Source: Octopus sinensis (taxonomy: Eukaryota). From it: DNA of 64,000 nucleotides. Every line of letters starts with the position of its first letter. The stretch's first letter is position 1. Under the pieces are notes generated by a model. It searched no databases. It worked only from the letters and a program-made list of their open reading frames with translations, and had not been told where the DNA came from. Positions 24,829 to 36,362 of this stretch are shown in pieces. The DNA lies in NCBI RefSeq assembly GCF_006345805.1, contig NC_043003.1:33790001-33854000 (forward strand), given 5' to 3'. Both the position numbers and the translations under genes were made by a program.

Positions 24829-26477
24829 GCAAGACTTTCACAAGCTCTAACAATGTGAGTCTCGCTTTTGACCCTCTTCCCACATATTCTGCAGAGGTCC
24901 GTTGCACTTTTGTGGTACATACATATATATTTTTCACTGAGTTGGTATTCAGTGGCTGGTCCTTGGTAGTGATGATTGGGCTTGCAGCATTCTTTTTTAG
25001 GTCACCCTTGTTAACCATGATGCTTCCTGGTCTTTTAATTTGTTGGTTTCACGGTGGAACTGACCATGTAATTCTATGAGGATTAGTGATTCTTCTCTCT
25101 CGTTGTCTGTTCTTGATCGGAATTCATGAGCACTCTCAAGTCCATTTTTGGTAATTTCTTTTGCATTAGCACAATAGTGTAGCAGGTCTTCTTTGCTGTT
25201 TACCAAATATTCTGCCATGTTTCTTCTTCCACTGTTGACGCACTCCCGTACGCTAAGCAGTCCACGTCCATCTTAACTCCTCTTCATGTAGAGCCTGTGT
25301 CCGATTGCCTTAGGGTGTAGGGCACCATACATTGTCATTGTCTTTCGGGTAGTTCGGTTAGTCGGTTAAAATTCGTTTGTGTCCACTTCAGGATGGATGC
25401 ACGATAGCAGACTACAGCAACAGCCCATATGTTGATGACAGTCACAAGGTTCCTTAAGTTGAATTTTGATTTCAAGAGAAGTTTAAGGCGCTTGAAATAT
25501 GCAGTAACGACCTTATCTTTCATTTCTGTAAGCAAGATATTGTCCAGCTCTAGGATCGCAAGGTACTTGTACCCATCATTAGCCGGGTTTTCCATTCTCT
25601 CTCCGTTGGCAAGTTTGTTCTCCTACAATTTACTTTGTTTTACCCGCTTCGAAGTAAGCACCGCACACTTCGAGATACCGAATACCATCCCTATATCCTT
25701 GCTGCACATTTACACAGTCTCAACAAGATTCTCCATTTCAGGTTTTGTTTTTGCGAACAGTTTCATTTCCTCGATGAAGAGAAGGTGGTTGAGACGAGGT
25801 CCATTCTTTCTCAGCTCTCAGTGGGATCAAAGCTATAACGAATAACACAAGTGAACATGAGTCTCCTTGGACGATACCTCTTTTGATTGTTACCTCGGCT
25901 AAGTGCGGGTTGTTACAGGAAAGACGTGTTTTCCAACTAGGTATGCTGTTTCTATTAGGTACACACATGTTCTCAGCTGTTCCACATTAGTCGAGTGTTT
26001 CGAAAATCCACGAATGCGACAAAACGTCGTAAGCCTTTCGTAAGTATATCCAGGCCATGCATAAGTTTTTTGGTACTGTTTTCAGTTCTTCATTATAACC
26101 GTATCTATCACAAGGTGGCCCTTGGTGGCCTTAGATTCCTTTCGGCATCCCTTTTCTTCTACTGGCAGTAGATAGTTTTCCGCAAGGAACGTATATACTT
26201 TCCCTATGAGGATACCTATTACTACTTTCCATAAGACAAGCAATGGATCGGTAATTGGTAACTTCATTGCCCTTTGACCGATCTTTCGTTAACAATGTTA
26301 TTTTTCCCTCTACCATCCATACAGAGCTGCACAGCTCTGTAGGCAATTATCTAATTGGAACGCAATTCTCTTCCGTTCTGACCTAAGCCACTTGAGGCAG
26401 TGGCATTGAATTCCGTTTGGTCCTGCCACTTTCCAGTTTGGCAGTATAGATACCCGTGCAGTGACATCTTCCGTTAA
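24321..26477 (-). mobile_element. Dong/R4-like RLE LINE, ~2.15 kb 5'-truncated (copy C; RT, CCHC, RLE)
   Basis: LPNWKVAGPNGIQ; NYRSIACL; MAWIYLRKAYDVLSHSW; IKRGIVQGDSCSLVLFVIALIPL; NHLLFIEEMKLFAK (mutated xxDD); GYKYLAI; RHDKVA; DKILQHRRPDIV..CLIIDVAVP..KEREKIDKY. (ATT)n at both ends. Confidence 0.92.
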
Positions 26478-26492
26478 TATTATTATTATTAT

Positions 26493-26572
<80 letters not shown>
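26477..26572. repeat. (ATT)n-(AGT)n tract
   Basis: Directly visible in the sequence. Confidence 0.95.
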
Positions 26573-28108
26573 TGCGAGTTTCAATTTTAATCTCTTATTT
26601 TTATCATTATTATCTCTATATATAAGACATCGTTTGTTTGTGTGTGTGCGTGTGCCTGCGCGCGTATGATTCCAAAACTGTGTTACCGATTTCGACGTAA
26701 AAGGTATCAAAACATTCAGTAATCATTCGGCTACTAAATAAGGTATGCTTGTAGCACAACAACTCTTTTTTCCTACTAAAATAACCTCGAAAATGAGGTC
26801 GGGTGGCATAACTTTGAGGTCGGTTTCGGCCAATATTTCGATTCACTTTCGTCCGATGTTTCACGCATGCGTAGAATTCTACTGAATTACCACACGTAGA
26901 AATATCAAACCACCACCACCACAACACCTCCATGCTTCCAAAGAAACTAAAACATTCCGAGTTTTTACCTTTTTGAAAGTGGGGAGGTGTTAAAGATTCG
27001 TAATTTCTGTATTCCTCTATGTGGATTACAAAAATAAAAATCCGAAAAAGTTCAAAATTAAACAATTGGGTAGGAGGGGGAAATTTACAATGTTGAAAAC
27101 GTGATCTTTCGGCAAAATCGTAATCTCCTATTTAGAAAACATAGGAATCCCAACAAATTTGGGAAATAAAAAGGTGTGTGGAAAAATTACATCCGACATG
27201 CTAGAAACAACAGGTACACGACACGATTTCTGTTATAAAATTCATTTGCAGTATATATTGAAGATCAGATTTTTCAACGTGCTCATTACAAGCACGAATT
27301 ACAAAATAAAGAGAGATCATTTCCACTGGAGTTGAGCCGTGTTGAAGTTTCAGCTATATTGTCTGCTTGTATGTGTGTGTACGTGAGTGTGTGTTTTTAC
27401 ATACCTTTCGTCATTCCAATACTTCCAAGTTTGGAATTCACTCTTGATTGCATAGCCACCAAAAATTGTGTACGGGTGATCACGCCAGACAAACATCTAT
27501 GAAAATGTACACATAAATATTGCATTGAAATACGCCACAATCAAAAAAATTTCACGACGTCTATTTCTCTGTATGTTATGAGGAAATACAGTCAAGTGGT
27601 CGCTACTTCTGAAGGTATGACATTTTTGGATGGTAAATAAATCTAGATAAGTTTGCCCTTAATTTAGCAGGCTAGGTTTTCCACTCCACTTCACCAATTC
27701 TGCTTACATATTGGCATTATTTCTCTCTTTCAATTTCTCATTATAATGTATGGAGACATTGTGTTGTCCACAGCATGTTACAACTTCACTAACTTCATCG
27801 ATATATGACTAAACCTGAATTTCATTTAATTTGTTTACATGTTTTGATATTAATTATATAGATAATTCCAAACACGATATGTTAAGATAACTTATTTTAA
27901 TGAAATATTTATGCGTACATTTACATACGTTTCATACGCACAGACTTCTTTACGGTTTCACAATTTTGAAAGTAATTTTCAAAAATTTCTTTTTTTTTTA
28001 ATTTAAGAAAGGCATGTCAAAATAACTTCCTTTGGCGAACACTGAAGTCGATGTAATCGACTTATCCGCTCCCCTAAATCTGCTGCACTTGTGAAAAAAT
28101 TTGAAACC

Positions 28109-28110
<2 letters not shown>

Positions 28111-28180
<70 letters not shown>

Positions 28181-28201
28181 GTTATTGTTATTATTATTGT
28201 T

Positions 28202-28239
<38 letters not shown>

Positions 28240-28240
28240 T
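28111..28240. repeat. (ATT)n-(GTT)-(ATC)n tract
   Basis: Directly visible in the sequence. Confidence 0.95.
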
Positions 28241-28342
28241 GAGCGAGAGAGCAGTACATGATATCAAAGTGACATTGGGGTGTTCTCATGTCAAGATAAA
28301 CAGCGCATGACCTTACAGGTGAACCTAGTTAAAATTTTCTTC
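28241..28342 (-). mobile_element. Deleted copy of the 23769-24298 element
   Basis: GAGCGAGAGAGCAGTACATGATATCAAAGTGACA..TCTCATGTCAAGATAAACAGCGCATGACCTT..AATTTTCTTC aligns to 23769-23960 with a gap of about 100 bp. Confidence 0.8.
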
Positions 28343-28344
28343 CC

Positions 28345-28560
28345 TCTTAAAAGATCAATGAATAAGGCTTGTTTGGCAACTTCCTTCTCTTTCTGTCTAA
28401 GCTGTTTAGTTCGTCTATATTTTCGCTAGCATTTATAGAGAAATGCCGCAAGATCTTGCAATTCTCATTTCCTATCACAGCCTCTGGTACAACTCATTCT
28501 ACAGGCTTCTGCATAGTTTTCTTCTACTCAAATTTACTCACAGTGGTGTGGACTGATGAG
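28345..28560 (-). mobile_element. Degenerate Dong-like RLE fragment
   Basis: VVPEAVIGNENCKILRHFSI..DRKRRK resembles HxPExVxENExxKILWDFxI..DKKxRK. Confidence 0.5.
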
Positions 28561-29092
28561 GAACTATAGAAAATATCACCCTCGAAGGCGGAGTCGAACC
28601 TTTGACTTTTGCAAAGATAATTTCGAAAACATTTGTTCTTACTATACCACTATGTATGTGTGTGTTTGTTCGTCTGCATGCGTATGGAATTGTTTCCGTT
28701 TATGTTTCTTTTCTGTTACAACTTGTTTTGTATCAAAAAGTTATCTAAGCCATTCGAGAAAATAGAACTAAACTGAAATAAGTACTGGAGATGTTATCAT
28801 TAGTAAAACCCTTTATTGCTTCTGCCCCAACATACAAGCAGCCAAATGGACAAAACCAGTAAAAGAATATCTCAAATACTTCATTATAATCTGCCTCGAA
28901 AATTATCTTCCACTCTTTCTTAACACTACGTCTATTAGTCATCACTGAAATGGAATGCATTTCATCATAATTCATACACCTCCCCGATATGTAATCCATG
29001 CAGTAGCTGTTAGCATTTTTATCCGTTTCAGTCATATCGGTTTGCGAATCGTCATTCTCCCTCTCTTTCTCCTTTCCTCTCTCTGTCTCTGC

Positions 29093-29127
<35 letters not shown>

Positions 29128-29690
29128 ACTCACTCTCCATTATTCTCTTTCTCTTTCTGAATATTTGCTTGAATCTCCTCACAATTTACTCTTCTCTCTT
29201 CAACTAGGTTCAATCAATTCTTATTAGTTATACTAGATATAATAGTATGCATGACTCAGTATTTCTGTCAGTACACGCTTGTATACTTCTTTTTTACATC
29301 CACCAAATTTCAGCAGCATGTGACAACTTCATTTATTATATTTTTACGAAATATTCACATTGACTTTGGTGTCAATCCCATATGCATTATTTAAAGGAAG
29401 TGTATAGCAGAAATGATTGGCGGAAGAAATAAGTTCCATTATTTATTGATATTTCGTTATGTTATCAGTTCAAATCTGACATGATCGACTTTATATTTCG
29501 TCTCACGGAGATGAGATAAAAAATGAACCCAACAAATTTAGGAGTCTCCCTAATCAAATGTTCCCCTTCGCCAAAGCGGGTTGTTTTAAGGTTATGTAAA
29601 GAATAATTACTTAAGAACAGACCAAAGCTCGAACGGGGTTATTCCAAACGAAATCATCTGCGGAATTAAGTCATATTTTTAACATTTTAA

Positions 29691-29731
<41 letters not shown>

Positions 29732-29738
29732 AAAATTA

Positions 29739-29945
29739 TTTTACTTGTTTCAGTCCTTTGACTGCGGCCATGCTGGAGAACTGCCTTGAAGGGATTAGTG
29801 AAACAAATCACCCCCAGTACTTGTTCTTTAAGCCTAGTACTTATTCTATCAGTATATTTTGCGGAGGTACAAACTCACCAACACCAGTTATCAAGCGGTG
29901 ATGGAGAAGACAAACACAGGCGTGAACACACACACACACACACAC

Positions 29946-30006
<61 letters not shown>

Positions 30007-30152
30007 GACGGGCTTCTTTCAGTTTCCGTCTACCAAATCCTCTCACAAGGTTATAGTAAAAGACACTTGCCCAAGATACCACGTAGGGAGACTGAACCTG
30101 GAACTATGTGGCTGAGAAGCAAAACTTTTACCACACATCCACGCCTGTGCCT
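29739..30152 (-). mobile_element. SINE family A, near full length
   Basis: Same head, CORE-like segment, internal microsatellite and 3' half as the copies at 17545 and 54032. Confidence 0.9.
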
Positions 30153-30372
30153 ATTATAACTTTATAAATATAAATAATATACTTATGTGTTTGTGTGTGC
30201 CCATCTTTTTCTCTCCCCACTTTCTGCTGCTAGCATTTGTTTGCTTACATCCTCGTACATGAGCGGTGGTGTAGAATGGTATTACTGGAATAAGTTATAG
30301 GGCTGATGAATTTGACTAGGCCTTTGAAGGTGCCTTCCAGCATATCCTAGGACAATGGCTAAGACAAATATT

Positions 30373-30586
30373 GGCTTCAAATTTTGACACAAGGCCAGCA
30401 ATTTCTGCGAAGGGGTCAAGTCGATCATATCGTCCCCCCATTGTTCAACTTATACTTATTTCATCTATCCCGAGAAGAGGAAAGATAAAATCGACCCCGG
30501 CGAAATTTGAACTCGAAACATAAAGACGGATGAAATGCCACTAAGCAATTTGCCGGCGTGCTAACGACCCTGCCAGCTCTCCGCCT
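30373..30586 (-). mobile_element. SINE family B (alternative 3' tail)
   Basis: Head AGGCGGAGAGCTGGCAG..GAGTTCAAATTTCGCCGGGGTCGA. Tail GCTGGCCTTGTGTCAAAATTTGAA as in the copy at 1565. Confidence 0.85.
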
Positions 30587-30740
30587 GTACTAAAACAAAT
30601 ATGAGAATGAAGATTAAAGAAAGATCTCTTTAATGATTTAAACAGACAAGAAACCAGTGAGTCACCCGACAGGATCGACCCCCGAACCAAATAGTAGCAG
30701 ATTGAGGTTTTTAGATACTTAAGGGTGTAGATATCTAGTC

Positions 30741-30925
30741 TAGTGCTCTGCAACCGATATGCCGCGGCACACGGGTGTGCTACGAGACGATGCTAGGTGT
30801 GCCATAGTGTAACCTAAATATAATATTTTTCCTTATACTTTTAGTTATATTTTTTGTTCAGATGTGCCGCCGAATTTTGAAAAGAATATAAATGCACCGC
30901 AGGTGAAAAAATTTGCGGTGCACTG
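30741..30925. mobile_element. hAT-Charlie-like MITE
   Basis: Ends (C>T)AGTGC..CAACC and GCGGTGCACTG, with internal TGTGCC(GC) motifs. 8-bp TSD ATCTAGTC (30733-40) / ATCTAGAC (30926-33) fits the NTCTAGAN target of Charlie elements. Confidence 0.8.
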
Positions 30926-31289
30926 ATCTAGACTATTATGGATTTTTTTATGCATGTTTCTTCTACAGCATCGAAACTTTACTATAGATACATAGTAATC
31001 TGAGCAGATAAACTCAAAACCACCATACATACACAAATTTTTATACAAAATTTTATACAGTTGGACGCTCATCTAACACCTAAATCAACTGATAAACTCA
31101 CACACTGACACATGTAGATAGAGATGCACGGTTATGCAGATTTTTCATTGAATAAATTTGGAAAATCGAAAGAAACTAAATGCACACACGTATACGACGA
31201 CATATGGATATGATCACAACTATATTCATGCAAATGAATTCGCAAACACATACAGATTAATAATAAATTCTCGAACAGTTTGAAGTATA

Positions 31290-31720
31290 GTAGACGCATA
31301 TGACATTGATATGGTCAATATCTCATCAGCACTTTAAGTGAAAGTTGCGCTGAGACATTAGATTTGAATGTAAGGTCAGGTCGCAGATTGTCATTCAACT
31401 CATCAACGCCATTTCTAGTTTCTTTGTCAATTTCTTTACCATTTCTAAAATTAGGTTGTCAGTATTCAAATAAGCACCTGCTCCTCTTTAAAAGCATTCA
31501 CACAGCATTCAGGTTTTCAGGTCACATCAAACCGATTCTCTAAATATTCGCACAACCACTGGCTATTAATCACTATATGATTACTGAGAATGAAATGATT
31601 GGTTCCTAATTGGATGCCAATCTTCTGGTTAGCGAAAATGGAAGAAATTGCTGAAGCCGTAGAAGCGCCGGAATACGTGTTTTGTTGTAGCTGATTTTAT
31701 ATATTATTACGCAAGGTTTA
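31290..31720 (-). mobile_element. Possible RTE-type APE endonuclease relic
   Basis: KKLEMALMS*MTICD..INVICVY resembles KxxKALLSWEPISD..IxVIQVYAP. Heavily mutated. Confidence 0.35.
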
Positions 31721-32729
31721 GATTTCACCCTGGGTCAGCTTTACTCTCCATTTCTTTGTAATATAAGATAAACACTAATAATATAAATTAATCAGTTAAT
31801 TATAGCCTTAACACTTCTACTTCTCAAACTTTACTTCATGTATGATAAAGAACACTATAATGTTTAAGGGTGTATTGCTTTATTTTTCAGTCCAGTGTGA
31901 AATACTTTCTAGAGTGACGTTACGTCATTCATTTAGACATTTATTGTTTAATTTGAAGCTTAGCTACATGATTGGTGACCTAGAAAGAGGTACATATCGT
32001 TTTAAATAAGTAGTATATAAGACCCTTTGTCAGATTTATCCGGTAATTTAAATTATCATGCTCAAAATTTAAATAAATCATTTAGCCATGTGGATGGGGA
32101 AGACTCCTAATGTTTCTATCAGGGCCCTTATTTATTCTCTTCTACTTTCTCAGCTCAAACTGAATTACTCTATTTTTAACAGATTATTTTAAATGTCTTG
32201 GTTCCTATCGTGTAACTTTATTTACTAATAAAGTTCTACACCTCTTTTCTCCCTAACGGAAAATGTTTTCATGTCTAAAATTTTAGAACTAGTTTAAAGA
32301 AACGAAACCCTGCTTCTGGTATGTTTGCATATAATTGTTTACCATTCGATTTATCCGCTAAGATTTTCTTCCTGTATGAAGGAAGATTTATTTTAGCTGA
32401 TAGATTTGTCTTAATCCTTGTGATTAAATAAGTATTGAATTACATTATATTTGCGTTCAACTTTCCCCTAACAGTATTTTACAAGCAACAAACTCCAAAG
32501 CTATCAGATCTGAAGACATAAATCAATAATTCTATCTATCAAATACACTAAAAATTCTTTTAGCTAAAGATTTAATGGAAATAATTATAAATTACGTCCA
32601 ATATTATTCGCTTCAATTAAAATCTTAAGTTTAAATAATAGAAACTTAACAAGCGTCTTTCTTTGTCAAAGAAGGGTCAATTTCTTTAACAATCATACGA
32701 TGTGCTATATTTTATTAACCATGTACACA

Positions 32730-32776
<47 letters not shown>

Positions 32777-33789
32777 TATATGTATACATACATAACATAC
32801 AAACATACATACATGCGTATATTAATGCATGCATACATACATACCAGCTTGCAAGAATGCTGCAAAGATAACAATATATTCTTTCTCTCCATCCTTCAGT
32901 ATGAAAAACAAAATGACCTATCCAATTTTTTCTGAATTAGATTTTCATTAGGCGTACTCTGTTTTGCTACACATTGCCCCGAAGATTCTGAATTTCTAGA
33001 AACTATAAGAACAAGTAACGTACGCTTGAGGTTTATTAGACACAAGAAGAGTATCCTACACTGCGGTGTCGCTACACTTTAACGTGAACAAAAATGATTT
33101 TCATTTACATATCTTAATGTCAAACCTAGAATAAAACGATCCACTACATATATTCCCTGGTTTGAATAAAATGGAACAGTGTTTACAAATGCTAAGAAAA
33201 AAAAACAATAGACTTCTGCTGAATACTAGGGTTGGCAGTTAGTGAACATTTGAGGGATTGTGTCGCAGACTATGAAATATGTTACAATTCGACGTCGTCA
33301 AAATCCACTTCTGGCTGTTTTAAACTTATCATGATGCAGTACGAGTAGAAAAGCTCTTAGGAGCCGTCTGAGTAGTCTTATTAAATCTAAGAGGTTGCTT
33401 CTAATCTATATGTGTTAAGGTGTGTTATATTGGCTTTCTTATTTACTTAAGTATATAAGTTTCATATTTCCGTCTAATATTGTGCAATCATTTTGTGAAA
33501 TTTCAAAAATTTTTAGCTAACCTTAATATATGGTATAATGGCTTGTTTACTTGTCCACTCCTTTCATTTTCTTATTCTAGCTCCACGCATATCATTATTA
33601 TTATTTATTTACTATTCATTTATTATTTATTCTTTATTTTTGTAACCATCCCTTTTTTCCGATGTGTGGATGCATAAGTCCAGGCTGATAAACATTAAAG
33701 AAAATTAATTTTTTCATTAGTATTTCTTTTTATTGCCAAAGGCAACGAGATTTGGAAGTAAACATTATTAGTTTATATTGGTTTGATTG

Positions 33790-34215
33790 ACTTCCAATCT
33801 GGCTTTCAGTACCTTGCTTCTCATAGCTTGTGTTCGATGAAATCACGTGATACAGCAGTACCAGCCATCGGTGCCGAGGAAATGTAGTCAAGTGATGCTG
33901 TGACACCTCCTTCAGCGGCAACTTTGTATTGTCATTGGTCATCCCAGGCTCCACTGCTAGTCAGACTAAGAAGAAAAAACTGTCTTGCTATCGGTCGTAC
34001 TCTGATAGGTTTATGGTTGATTCTGTGGCAGCTGAGACCTCCGGTGTCCCTGGTCCCGGACCATATCCCTGCTCATCATTATCGGGGCAGAGATTGCTGT
34101 CCACAAGTGCAAGCCCCGCGAGTTAGACTGGCTGTTCCCGCGCATCTCCCTCACTACTATCCGGGGCAACGCCTTTTCCAATTTGTCTGCTGGTGCTATG
34201 AGTAATGTTTCTATA
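33790..34215 (+). mobile_element. CRE-like RLE non-LTR retroelement 3' fragment
   Basis: FDEIT*Y (like PDGITxxP), CCDTSFSGN..PGSTASQTKKKK..Y..SDRFMVDSVAAETSGV.GP, and after a frameshift PRELDWLFPRISLTTIRGNAFS (like QRLSxAxQRGNA, the terminal motif of CRE-type elements). Confidence 0.7.
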
Positions 34216-34239
34216 GTGTGATAGGCAAGATTTCAGTAT

Positions 34240-34960
34240 TTGAGTAATACAAAAACGGATGGAAAATGACTTACCGTTTCTACACTTTTAGCATTTATCG
34301 TCTACACGAAATAATTTTACGGTATGTTCAATGCAATCTTCGTTATTATAAATAATCAATTCAGGTTACATCAGGGGTGCAAGTTAATATTCGCCACAAA
34401 TGTTACTTCTGTTGCTAATAACTAATTTATAGACAGCCAGCCAGCTTTTTGAGACATCACTGGCTGTTTGGCAAGTATTAATCTATATTGGTTAGGCTTG
34501 ACTTTCAGTTTAACATTCCGTGCATTCCTTCTTAGGGATGAGTCTTCACAGTTGCAATTGGGAATGAACCCTTGATGTGACTTACGAGTGATGATGTCCT
34601 TAATATTGGCGCCGCAACTGTATATAATTTTTTACCGAGTGCCTATTAAAATTCGTCGTCAGTTTGTGGCTTACTGGGAAATATTTATTTAATAACGCCA
34701 GGAATTCCTTGCCTAAGTTAGTTTTCGTTTCTAGTGAGAAAGGGAATGTGGGCCATATTTTCCTAAGTCTAGTTGCATTTTTAACTGAAGTGTTATATGG
34801 TATCTTATATTTAAAGTTGCTGTTGGCTAGAGTATTGTTATAGTAGAGGCTCCTTCATCAAACATTTCGTTTGAAGAGGACAGGTTAGATATCCTAATAC
34901 TGATGCTAGGTAGTAGGTTTTTAGATGCTACAAGGGGGATGATATGACTGTATATGTATA
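34240..34960 (-). mobile_element. Penelope-like element relic (WFNPP-type thumb and linker)
   Basis: RISNLSSSNEMFDEGAS..RLRKIWPTFPFSLETKTNLGKEFLALLNKYFPVSHKLRRI..KIIYSCGANIKDII..NCNCEDSS, reconstructed across frameshifts. Confidence 0.75.
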
Positions 34961-35086
34961 TATGTGTGATTTTCATTCAGTTTCTAAGAGAGTTTGTATC
35001 GATTTCTATTTTTTCATGCCGCAGTTCGATATTAATGCCGCAAAATAAGAACAGCAGCAATTTTAAATACAGTAAATACAGATATA

Positions 35087-35836
35087 CTAGGTTTGATCAA
35101 CAAGTATCCGGACTGTTGCGACAGTAACGAAGCTTGAAATTTGCTGTGTATACACACTAGGTTTTAACGTTGTAGCTCACTTCCGCTGTTTACAGCAGTG
35201 CTTGGAAGGAAGGTATGTAACGTGTGATCGTCGCATTGGATACGACAGAAAAATGTGTCATAGTGATACCTGCTCAGAGGCCTACGAAAAGTTGCAGAAA
35301 GTGTATGGAGAGGTGTGTATGAACGAAACACAAGTGTACGAGTGGTTCAAACGTTTCCAGCATGGCCGAAAAGATATCGATATTGACAGCAGTTCTGGGA
35401 GATCCGCAACCAGGAGATCTGAGGAAAGCATCGCGTGCAGCAGCGAGGAGAAATCGTCGAATCACAATTTGTGAGTTATCAGTGGATATGCAGATTAGTT
35501 ACCGTTCAGTTCAGCTCATTATCACTGAGCAAGATCTCCTTGATTGTGTCGAGAACGTTGAAAACTTTTTGAAAATTTTGCGTAGGTCTCTGAGCAGGTA
35601 TCACTAAGCTTTTGGCAAAATTTGATGCAGATTCACTTCTCAACTTTGTCGTGGTGAATGTGACGACCACACGCTACAAATCTTCCTTCCGAGCGCACTA
35701 CTGCAAACAGCTAGAACTTTAAAACTTAGTGCGCAGGCACAGCGGAGTCTATGGTGAATCAGTGCCAAGCGGTTTTACAGAGTGGTTTAGCTTCGTTACT
35801 ATGGCAACCATCCGGATACTTATTGATCAGACCACG
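35087..35836 (+). mobile_element. Non-autonomous mariner derivative with two inverted left ends (copy 1)
   Basis: TA TSD at 35085-86 and 35837-38. TIR of about 50 bp (GGTCTGATCAATAAGTATCCGGA..GTAACGAAGCT). HTH remnant TCSEAYEKLQKVYGEVCMNETQVYEWFKRFQHGRKDID..RSGR. Confidence 0.9.
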
Positions 35837-35851
35837 TATACACACAAACAC

Positions 35852-35887
<36 letters not shown>

Positions 35888-35938
35888 GCATACGCACACA
35901 CACACACGCACAAACACGCACGGAAACACATACACACT

Positions 35939-35972
<34 letters not shown>

Positions 35973-36178
35973 CTGGACCTGAAAAATTGCTTGGAGATAC
36001 ATGGCATATTATATAAACCTATTACTTTAATGTATGTTAAACGCATTACGCTATTAGTAACTCTTTTCTAATTGTGTATGCTTAATATTTATATTCACTA
36101 GATGGAGTACCTTTTGTTTATCCTACCTAGTGTAACTGTAAATTATATGTGCCTGTGTGGTGCGCGCGCGTGTGTGTG

Positions 36179-36238
<60 letters not shown>

Positions 36239-36330
36239 AAAGTTTACGAAAATAAACAGAAGACGAAGGCAGGTGGTGTACAAACAAACAAATGTATTAG
36301 TATAGCGCTCAGGAATAGAAAAATTGGACG

Positions 36331-36359
<29 letters not shown>

Positions 36360-36362
<3 letters not shown>

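Noticed and set aside
26616-27065. 149-aa minus-strand ORF
   Set aside because: No recognisable motif. The region looks like a non-autonomous DNA-element body, and the ORF runs into a microsatellite.
28553-28600. CTGATGAG..CTC-GAAG hammerhead-like string
   Set aside because: It has GAAG instead of GAAA, and no stem I/III closure or valid NUH site.
28745-29035. 96-aa minus-strand ORF (EWKIIFEADY..WFCPFGC)
   Set aside because: The superficial similarity to a Cys-loop receptor TM4 region is too weak. There are no splice signals or partner exons, and other frames look equally protein-like.
31330-31450. Ig-like FRNGKEID..LTFKSNVSAQ reading after a branch-point and acceptor motif
   Set aside because: A stop precedes the YQC. 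An overlapping frame is better explained as a decayed RTE endonuclease.
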